DNA of 24,000 bases, from NCBI RefSeq assembly GCF_003992135.1, contig NZ_RQVN01000005.1:1-24000 (forward strand), read 5' to 3'. The translations under genes were made by a program, and so were the position numbers. The notes below the pieces were generated by a model that was not told the DNA's origin, ran no database searches, and saw only the letters and a list, made by a program, of their open reading frames with translations. The DNA is from Veillonella sp. VA142 (lineage in GTDB: Bacteria; Bacillota; Negativicutes; Veillonellales; Veillonellaceae). Positions 1 to 4,696 of the stretch are shown piece after piece; within the stretch, counting starts at the first letter, position 1; each line of letters opens with the position of its first letter.

Positions 1-2
1 AC

Positions 3-227
3 AATCCGAAATACATCTCGGTGTATTCAAAGACGGAAACAGGTCGTTTCTTATATGTGAATGGTCGAGTTGGGATTATCTCGAACAACAAGCTAGGTGG
101 AAAGGTGAATGCAAATTCGGTGATTTCTAAATTTAGTTCGGAAGAGAGTCTTTATAAAAGATATACAGGCATTACACGTGACAGCTTAGAAGATTGGCTC
201 AAGGCAAATCCTATAGACGCTTTATAG
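3..227 (+). CDS. C-terminal end of a phage protein, 5'-truncated by the window edge; function unknown
   Basis: The frame is open from position 3 (NPKYISVYSK...) through the stop at 225-227. It sits immediately upstream of the lysis cassette on the same strand. Confidence 0.4.
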   Translation, partial: NPKYISVYSKTETGRFLYVNGRVGIISNNKLGGKVNANSVISKFSSEESLYKRYTGITRDSLEDWLKANPIDAL

Positions 228-257
228 AATGACAATAGCCCCTTAACTGGGAGCGTA

Positions 258-824
258 ATGAAAGGGAAAACGATGAACCTAATCAATGAGATATTGTTGA
301 CACTGATTAATGGGGTATCTCATGAACATGTCGTAGATATGGGCGTAATTATTATCCTAACTACGGCATTGCTATTTGTAGATACCACGCAACGAGTGGC
401 AACAGAAGTATTGAGATATAACAAGGATAACGACCGCCCCAATACGGCATTAAATCTTATCACTACGTTAGTTTGGTATGGCTGGGGTCGTGGGAAATAT
501 CTAAATAAGGAAACGAATAAAAGCAAGCGATATTTGATGAGTGAACGATTACGCGGTGATTTGCTCATTAAATTATGTGTACAGTACCCTGCATGGATGG
601 TTCTATCTGTCATATTTGTATCTTTGCCTGATATTCCAATTCCTGCTACTGAATTATACCTTGACAACCTATTTGCATTCGTATTTATGATGATACCTTT
701 CTTCTCGGAATGTTGGTCAATCATAGAGAATTTGCGTGAATTGGTTGAGGATGATTTAATCGACTTTAATAAGGTGTATTCAAGGCTATTGGAGGTTATC
801 CGTGCATGGCGGGGTAATGCCTAA
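258..824 (+). CDS. Putative holin-like multi-pass membrane protein (188 aa; alternative start at 273)
   Basis: Three to four hydrophobic segments. The C-terminal motif FFSECWSIIENL resembles the E-x-x-S-I-x-E-N signature I recall for the phage_holin_4/toxin-secretion holin family (from memory, unverified). GGGAG Shine-Dalgarno lies upstream. It is the first gene of the cassette ending in the endolysin. Confidence 0.55.
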   Translation: MKGKTMNLINEILLTLINGVSHEHVVDMGVIIILTTALLFVDTTQRVATEVLRYNKDNDRPNTALNLITTLVWYGWGRGKYLNKETNKSKRYLMSERLRGDLLIKLCVQYPAWMVLSVIFVSLPDIPIPATELYLDNLFAFVFMMIPFFSECWSIIENLRELVEDDLIDFNKVYSRLLEVIRAWRGNA

Positions 825-861
825 CATATAATAATGGACAACATGTAATAATGGAGAAATT

Positions 862-1191
862 ATGAACAAACAAGAATTAATTAACAAGGCAAAATCTGTG
901 TTACAGAATATTAGACTTGCCAACATCCACCCTACTGGAGTGTTGGCTACACGGTTACTAATATTAGTCATGCTCGTGCCAATAATGCTAGTAGTCGTTG
1001 AATACGTGCTAGCATTCGCTATTGGCCGTGTATCAGACGATACAGGCAAATTAATTACAGTCGGGATTAACATTATAGACCATATATTTATCCCTAGCGT
1101 ACTAACCGCCCTTGTAGGGTTCTTAGCCCTATGGGTGGATAGAGATGGTGACGGAGTCCCTGATCAGTTGGAAAAGGAGGATAAACGATGA
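862..1191 (+). CDS. Small two-TMD membrane protein, second holin/antiholin candidate, with a charged C-terminal tail
   Basis: Hydrophobic stretches LLILVMLVPIMLVVVEYVLAFAIG and IFIPSVLTALVGFLALWV. The tail is DRDGDGVPDQLEKEDKR. Its stop overlaps the endolysin start (ATGA at 1188-1191), implying translational coupling. Confidence 0.5.
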   Translation: MNKQELINKAKSVLQNIRLANIHPTGVLATRLLILVMLVPIMLVVVEYVLAFAIGRVSDDTGKLITVGINIIDHIFIPSVLTALVGFLALWVDRDGDGVPDQLEKEDKR

Positions 1192-1817
1192 AAAAAGGGT
1201 TTGATATCTCAGCGTGGCAAGAGAGCGAAAACGGAGTACCTTATTATGATGAGTACCGTATGCAACAAGCTAAAGATGAAGGCAATGAATTTGTAATTAT
1301 TAAATTGGGCGAAAATTATACCATTGATGAGTTCTTTGAGCAGCATATCACAGCAGCATTAAATTCAGGTCTTGACGTAGGGGTATATTATTTCAGCCAT
1401 GCATACGAGGAGGCAATCGCAGTACAAGAAGCAGAATGGGTGATTAACACGCTCAATAATTATGGATATACTGACTATCATTTACAAGCGGGCATTTGGT
1501 ATGATTACGAAGAGCATAGACAACTCCGTAATCTGATTAATGCTGGAGCATTGACAAGCCAAGAAATGACGAATTGTATTAGCCGATTTGTAAATACATT
1601 ATGGGGAGCAGGGTTTCAAAATGTAGGTGTATATAGTGGATATTCCCTATTGTGGGATGAAACATACGCATACAGTCAAATGCCGAGCGTCCCTGTATGG
1701 TGTGCACAATATGATTCGCAATGCGATTATCCCAATATCAGGATATGGCAATATAGCGATTGTGGGGTGGTAGCTGGTAAAGCAGTTGATGTCAATTATA
1801 TGTATGACGGGGAGTAG
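1188..1817 (+). CDS. Phage endolysin, glycoside hydrolase family 25 muramidase, catalytic domain only
   Basis: N-terminal KGFDISAWQ, then FVIIKLGEN, GVYYFSH, and C-terminal IWQYSDCGVVAGKAVDVNYMY. These match the GH25 (Cpl-1/LytC-type) pattern. At 209 aa there is no room for a cell-wall-binding domain. Confidence 0.9.
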   Translation: MKKGFDISAWQESENGVPYYDEYRMQQAKDEGNEFVIIKLGENYTIDEFFEQHITAALNSGLDVGVYYFSHAYEEAIAVQEAEWVINTLNNYGYTDYHLQAGIWYDYEEHRQLRNLINAGALTSQEMTNCISRFVNTLWGAGFQNVGVYSGYSLLWDETYAYSQMPSVPVWCAQYDSQCDYPNIRIWQYSDCGVVAGKAVDVNYMYDGE

Positions 1818-1819
1818 CC

Positions 1820-2176
1820 ATGTATGAGAAGTTTAAAAATTACATTAATCGCTATGATTGGGCTTTTTACCTTATCCTTGCAGGTATTGCCTGTGCAATC
1901 TGCTGGGTTATCTACGGTGGAGGCAACGACTCCGACTATCAACGTGCCACTGACCACTTGGAACGAGTTAAAAGCGAACAACGAGAAAGCCTTGAACTTA
2001 ATCAGACAGTCACGGATTCCGTTGAGCGAAGTGCAAGCCTTAACCGTGAAGCAAGCGAACGAATTACAAGAATTGAAGTCTATCAACAACAAGCAAGCGA
2101 GCGAATTGATGAAAGCACAAAACGACTTGATGAAGCAGAACGCCTACTTGAACGAAATGAACAACTCATTAAATGA
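1820..2176 (+). CDS. Alternative-frame ORF fully overlapping 1824-2288: N-terminal TMD plus coiled-coil, i-spanin-like layout (118 aa)
   Basis: Its ATG is 4 nt upstream of the other start (ATGTATG), and both share the GGGGAG Shine-Dalgarno at 1809-1814. The TMD is WAFYLILAGIACAICWVIY, followed by an E/R-rich helical region (ASERIDESTKRLDEAERLLERNEQLIK). Caveat: the minus-strand frame is also open across this region, so it is intrinsically stop-poor. Confidence 0.3.
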   Translation: MYEKFKNYINRYDWAFYLILAGIACAICWVIYGGGNDSDYQRATDHLERVKSEQRESLELNQTVTDSVERSASLNREASERITRIEVYQQQASERIDESTKRLDEAERLLERNEQLIK

Positions 2177-2288
2177 GTTGAGCAAGGACATCAAGAAGAA
2201 CAAAGCAACGGAACAACGGCTACACCGCCAACGAAACACATGGGCATTGATTAGTGGATTATTGTTGGTCGGGATTGCTATAAAATAA
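1824..2288 (+). CDS. Spanin-like lysis accessory protein: N-terminal signal/anchor, long coiled-coil, C-terminal TMD (154 aa, no Cys)
   Basis: MRSLKITLIAMIGLFTLSLQVLPVQSA looks like a signal peptide. The central region is heptad-like (ANELQELKSINNKQASELMKAQNDLMKQNAYLNEMNNSLNELSKDIKK). The C-terminal hydrophobic anchor is WALISGLLLVGIAIK. It lies directly after the endolysin and is followed by a strong terminator. Codon choice looks like the rest of the phage module. Confidence 0.6.
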   Translation: MRSLKITLIAMIGLFTLSLQVLPVQSAGLSTVEATTPTINVPLTTWNELKANNEKALNLIRQSRIPLSEVQALTVKQANELQELKSINNKQASELMKAQNDLMKQNAYLNEMNNSLNELSKDIKKNKATEQRLHRQRNTWALISGLLLVGIAIK

Positions 2289-2304
2289 AATTTCATATAC
2301 TAAG

Positions 2305-2349
2305 AAAGCCTATCAACCATTGATAACTTGGGATTGATAGGCTTTTTTT
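2305..2349 (+). terminator. Rho-independent terminator ending the lysis operon
   Basis: Stem GCCTATCAA (2308-2316) pairs with TTGATAGGC (2334-2342), followed by a T7 run (2343-2349). Confidence 0.8.
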
Positions 2350-2362
2350 ATTAATAAAACAC

Positions 2363-2391
2363 TTGCAAATAACACGAAAACGTGTTATAAT
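2363..2391 (+). promoter_or_regulatory. Strong sigma-70-type promoter with an embedded palindromic operator
   Basis: -35 TTGCAA (2363-2368), 17-nt spacer, extended -10 TGTTATAAT (2383-2391). A perfect inverted repeat AACACG-AAAA-CGTGTT (2371-2386) occupies the spacer and abuts the -10. Confidence 0.6.
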
Positions 2392-2418
2392 ATAGACATA
2401 AGGAAGGAGGTGAAACCG

Positions 2419-2514
2419 TTGAAACGGTATAGGAAGAAAATAAAAAAGTGGCTACCAATTATAACAGCGTTTATCCAACTAGCGATTGCGGTAATAGAAC
2501 TGTTAAATAGGTAA
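2419..2514 (+). CDS. 31-aa basic/hydrophobic single-TMD peptide (type I toxin-like or small phage membrane peptide), TTG start
   Basis: AGGAGGTG Shine-Dalgarno (2405-2412) lies 6 nt before TTG 2419. Translation is (M)KRYRKKIKKWLPIITAFIQLAIAVIELLNR. It is driven by the promoter at 2363-2391. It is absent from the ORF track because of the non-ATG start and short length. Confidence 0.45.
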   Translation: MKRYRKKIKKWLPIITAFIQLAIAVIELLNR

Positions 2515-2519
2515 CCACA

Positions 2520-2537
2520 GGGGCTCGAAAGAGCCCC
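2520..2537. other. Perfect GC-rich hairpin between convergent promoters (possible bidirectional transcript end or stabiliser)
   Basis: GGGGCTC-GAAA-GAGCCCC: a 7-bp stem with a GAAA tetraloop, 5 nt after the 31-aa ORF stop. There is no strong U-tract on either strand. Confidence 0.4.
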
Positions 2538-2551
2538 ACATCTTCCATACT

Positions 2552-2581
2552 ATTATATCAATGGAACGCATATGATTTCAA
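2552..2581 (-). promoter_or_regulatory. Candidate minus-strand promoter for an RNA antisense to the 3' end of the 31-aa ORF
   Basis: Read on the minus strand: -35 TTGAAA (2581-2576), 18-nt spacer, extended -10 TGATATAAT (2560-2552). The transcript would start near 2545 and run through the hairpin into 2514 and below. Confidence 0.4.
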
Positions 2582-2661
2582 GGTTGACTTTAATAATTAG
2601 TGTAATAGCATTTGTATTGTCTGTTTACACGTTGTTAATCGTATTAGGAGTGCTGCAATGA
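2572..2661 (+). CDS. Possible 29-aa hydrophobic peptide overlapping the HTH gene start
   Basis: ATG 2572 gives MISRLTLIISVIAFVLSVYTLLIVLGVLQ. Its stop TGA overlaps ATG 2658 (ATGA). The Shine-Dalgarno is weak and it overlaps the candidate minus-strand promoter. Confidence 0.2.
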   Translation: MISRLTLIISVIAFVLSVYTLLIVLGVLQ

Positions 2662-2855
2662 AACTAGAAGATGTAATGACTACACAAGAAGCTGGAGAAC
2701 GTTGGGGGATTCCTGCGGACTCTATCAAACAATGTTGTTTAAAGCGGTATGCTAACAAGCAGTTTACTGATGAGGAATGTCGCAAGTCCGGTAAATCATG
2801 GTTAGTCACAGTAGCCGGCATGTCACGACTATATGGAGAGGAAAAGCATAAATAG
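2658..2855 (+). CDS. Small helix-turn-helix DNA-binding protein (65 aa), phage regulator or Xis-like candidate
   Basis: MTTQEAGERWGIPADSIKQCCLK ... GKSWLVTVAGMSRLYG matches the short HTH pattern common in Firmicute phages (T-x-x-E-A-x-x-x-W-G-I ... W-x-V/I). AGGAGTG Shine-Dalgarno upstream and a terminator directly downstream. Confidence 0.7.
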   Translation: MKLEDVMTTQEAGERWGIPADSIKQCCLKRYANKQFTDEECRKSGKSWLVTVAGMSRLYGEEKHK

Positions 2856-2860
2856 TGTAA

Positions 2861-2897
2861 AAGCCTACCGCCTATAATAGGTTGGTAGGCTTGTTTA
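2861..2897 (+). terminator. Rho-independent terminator after the HTH gene
   Basis: AAGCCTACC (2861-2869) pairs with GGTAGGCTT (2884-2892), followed by a T-rich GTTTAT. Confidence 0.7.
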
Positions 2898-2992
2898 TGT
2901 AAAATAGATTTTTATTAATATTATGTAGTGCACAGAATGGACACTACCATTGAATCTCGGAAGACGCATAGTTATCACATTTATAAGACCTC

Positions 2993-3146
2993 TTGCCCAT
3001 TTTTTTGACAAAATTTGCCCATTTTTAAATAAAAACAATATACAAATCAATTTATTCTCACTAGAAATGGCTTAATAAAGCTGTATTCTTACATCAAACC
3101 CCGTCACGCACTTTGTGAATTTTGAATGGGCAAAAAATGGGCAAAA
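2993..3146. repeat. Four copies of the TTGCCCATT(T) motif: two direct, then two inverted, about 100 bp apart
   Basis: Plus orientation at 2993-3006 and 3014-3026. Reverse orientation at 3125-3137 and 3133-3146 (AATGGGCAAAA). The segment is ORF-free. Confidence 0.8.
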
Positions 3147-3160
3147 TTACCTAAACTATA

Positions 3161-3243
3161 CGAACACTTACGAACATTAAAAATAGTATAGAACACTAAA
3201 AAACCGCTTATTCATCGTATTCGTGAACACTTACGAACACTTA
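3161..3243. repeat. Five direct copies of the GAACAYT(TAC) motif
   Basis: CGAACACTTA 3161-3170, CGAACAT 3171-3177, GAACACT 3191-3197, GAACACTTA 3225-3233, CGAACACTTA 3234-3243. The last two lie in the loop of the ssrA terminator hairpin. Confidence 0.8.
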
Positions 3244-3256
3244 TGAATAAGCGGTT
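3198..3256 (-). terminator. Probable ssrA terminator (14-bp stem, large loop)
   Basis: On the minus strand, AACCGCTTATTCAT (3256-3243) pairs with ATGAATAAGCGGTT (3215-3202), followed by TTTT. It begins 16 nt after the tmRNA CCA end. The 27-nt loop is unusually large. Confidence 0.55.
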
Positions 3257-3272
3257 ATCTTATTTGGTATTG

Positions 3273-3614
3273 TGGTGGAGACGAGGGGAGTCGAACCCCT
3301 GTCCAAACATGTTGCCCCCTAGACCTCTCCGAGCGCAGTTGATGTTTTAAATTTCGGATAGTGTTTGGACACCAACAACCTAAGCTATCCTAGCTCATGA
3401 GATTTAACTAGATCTAATTGAGCGGATAGAAATAGCTAGCCCGTAGTTTGACGCCACATCCTTCTCCACGGGCGAGAGAAGGTGTGACGTAGCTTATGCA
3501 GCTAATGCAAAATTTTCTTCTGCGTTTAATTTAAGGTTCACTGATTTATGGTCGAGTGAGACACCAGCTCGCTTTCTAAGATACACCCATACCTGTCGAA
3601 ACCTTTACGTCCCC
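3273..3614 (-). ncRNA. ssrA: tmRNA (transfer-messenger RNA)
   Basis: The reverse complement begins GGGGACGTAAAGGTTTCGACAGG and ends GGACAGGGGTTCGACTCCCCTCGTCTCCACCA, the canonical tRNA-like acceptor and T-arm. The internal tag ORF GCA GAA GAA AAT TTT GCA TTA GCT GCA TAA (3523-3494) encodes AEENFALAA. Confidence 0.95.
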
Positions 3615-3632
3615 ATATGCTATTGTCTTATA

Positions 3633-3661
3633 ATTATATAGACATATAATGTGAAAGTCAA
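3633..3661 (-). promoter_or_regulatory. ssrA promoter
   Basis: Minus strand: -35 TTGACT (3661-3656), 17-nt spacer, -10 TATAAT (3638-3633). This is about 18 nt upstream of the mature 5' end, consistent with a processed leader. Confidence 0.6.
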
Positions 3662-3740
3662 ATGTAAATATGTACTTTTTTACAGAGATAGTGTATACTA
3701 TTAAATATCATTCCTAGTACAGAGTCACAGGAGGAATCCT

Positions 3741-4385
3741 ATGTCATATGAAACAGAAACAGTAGCTGAGTTTGAACGTTTTTCCTCATTAACAGATGAA
3801 GAAATTGTTACTATCTATCAACGTGAAAACAATCATTATGCTACTGATTATATTGTACAACGATATAAAAATTTTGTTCGATCTAAAGCTAGGTCCTATT
3901 TTTTAATGGGTGCTGATAAAGAAGATATTATACAAGAAGGTATGATTGGTTTATATAAAGCAACGCGCGATTTTAATCAAGATCATGAGGTTAGCTTTAA
4001 AGCATTTGCTGAGTTATGTATTACACGTCAAATCATTTCTGCCATTAAAGGGGCGAGCCGTCAAAAACACATCCCTTTGAACTCGTATATCTCTTTAAAT
4101 AAGCCAGCCTATGATGACTCAGAACGAACGCTCATTGAAGTGTTAGAGACAGAAAAAAATCTAGATCCTCAAGAAGTAGTCATCAATAGAGAGCAATATG
4201 CTCTGATTAAGGAAGTAATGGAGGCTGTTCTTAGTCCTCTAGAGTGGGATGTATTGCGTGGATATATGGATGCCAAGTCATATCAAGAAATGGCAGAAGA
4301 ATATCATCGTTCTGTAAAATCCATCGATAATGCATTGCAACGAGTAAAGAAAAAAATGGAAGTGTACTTCGGTCATAACCGTTAA
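3741..4385 (+). CDS. sigH: RNA polymerase sigma factor SigH (sigma-30 family)
   Basis: YKNFVRSKARSYFLMGADKEDIIQEGMIGLYKATRDF...FKAFAELCITRQIISAIKGASRQKHIPLNSY is close to B. subtilis SigH as I recall it. AGGAGGA Shine-Dalgarno upstream. Confidence 0.85.
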   Translation: MSYETETVAEFERFSSLTDEEIVTIYQRENNHYATDYIVQRYKNFVRSKARSYFLMGADKEDIIQEGMIGLYKATRDFNQDHEVSFKAFAELCITRQIISAIKGASRQKHIPLNSYISLNKPAYDDSERTLIEVLETEKNLDPQEVVINREQYALIKEVMEAVLSPLEWDVLRGYMDAKSYQEMAEEYHRSVKSIDNALQRVKKKMEVYFGHNR

Positions 4386-4404
4386 TACAGAAAGGAAGAG
4401 ATTC

Positions 4405-4641
4405 ATGAGAGATTTTCTAATGGTTGTTGAAATTATTATTTCTATTCTTTTAATTGTGGTAGTAGTAGCACAAACTGGTAAAAGCGCAGGTATGGGCGGT
4501 GCTGTTTCCGGCGCAGCAGATTCCGTGTTCGGTGGTAAAGAGCGTGGCGTAGATGGATTCCTATCACGCTGTACGGTGATTCTGGCTACTTTATTCGTAT
4601 TAGTTAGTTTAGCTTTAGATTTAGTGTTAAGTTCTTATTAA
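4405..4641 (+). CDS. secG: Preprotein translocase subunit SecG
   Basis: 78 aa and two TMDs. The central QTGKSAGMGGAVSG...FGG glycine-rich loop is typical of SecG. It occupies the conserved position upstream of rnr-smpB. Confidence 0.85.
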   Translation: MRDFLMVVEIIISILLIVVVVAQTGKSAGMGGAVSGAADSVFGGKERGVDGFLSRCTVILATLFVLVSLALDLVLSSY

Positions 4642-4646
4642 TACAT

Positions 4647-4677
4647 AAAAAACCCTACCCTATGGTAGGTTTTTTTT
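4647..4677 (+). terminator. Rho-independent terminator after secG
   Basis: CCTACC-CTAT-GGTAGG hairpin (4654-4669), flanked by an A-run and followed by T8. Confidence 0.85.
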
Positions 4678-4696
4678 ATAGAAATACTGAGGTACT

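Larger units (their letters stand above)
1..3272. mobile_element. Terminal segment of an integrated prophage (late/lysis module plus non-coding arm), continuing beyond the window start and abutting the ssrA 3' end
   Basis: Holin-like ORFs, a GH25 endolysin and spanin-like ORFs lie in canonical lysis-cassette order. A small HTH gene follows, then a repeat-rich ORF-free arm that ends at the tmRNA 3' terminus. tmRNA genes are classical phage integration sites. The exact boundary is not determinable in this window. Confidence 0.7.

Noticed and set aside
320-1073. Minus-strand ORFs 320-724 and 786-1073 from the ORF track
   Set aside because: They are antisense shadows of the holin-like genes, with low-complexity, odd composition (many S/T/N/I runs) and no RBS. 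The plus-strand genes have coherent membrane topology and operon context.
1796-2092. Minus-strand 98-aa ORF across the spanin-like locus
   Set aside because: It has no RBS or sensible features and is antisense to a late operon. It is kept only as a caveat: three open frames here show the region is stop-poor, which weakens the dual-coding argument for 1820-2176.
2597-2821. Minus-strand 74-aa ORF
   Set aside because: It is antisense to the well-supported HTH gene (RBS, terminator, recognisable motif) and has no signals of its own.
3126-3191. 21-codon ATG ORF (MGKKWAKLPKLYEHLRTLKIV) spanning the two repeat families
   Set aside because: It has no RBS or promoter, and its sequence is dictated by the repeats themselves. 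It is far more likely to be non-coding protein-binding DNA.
3615-3740. A sigH promoter in the ssrA-sigH divergent region (GTGTATACT near 3690)
   Set aside because: It only weakly resembles an extended -10 and has no clear -35, so it was not reported as a feature.
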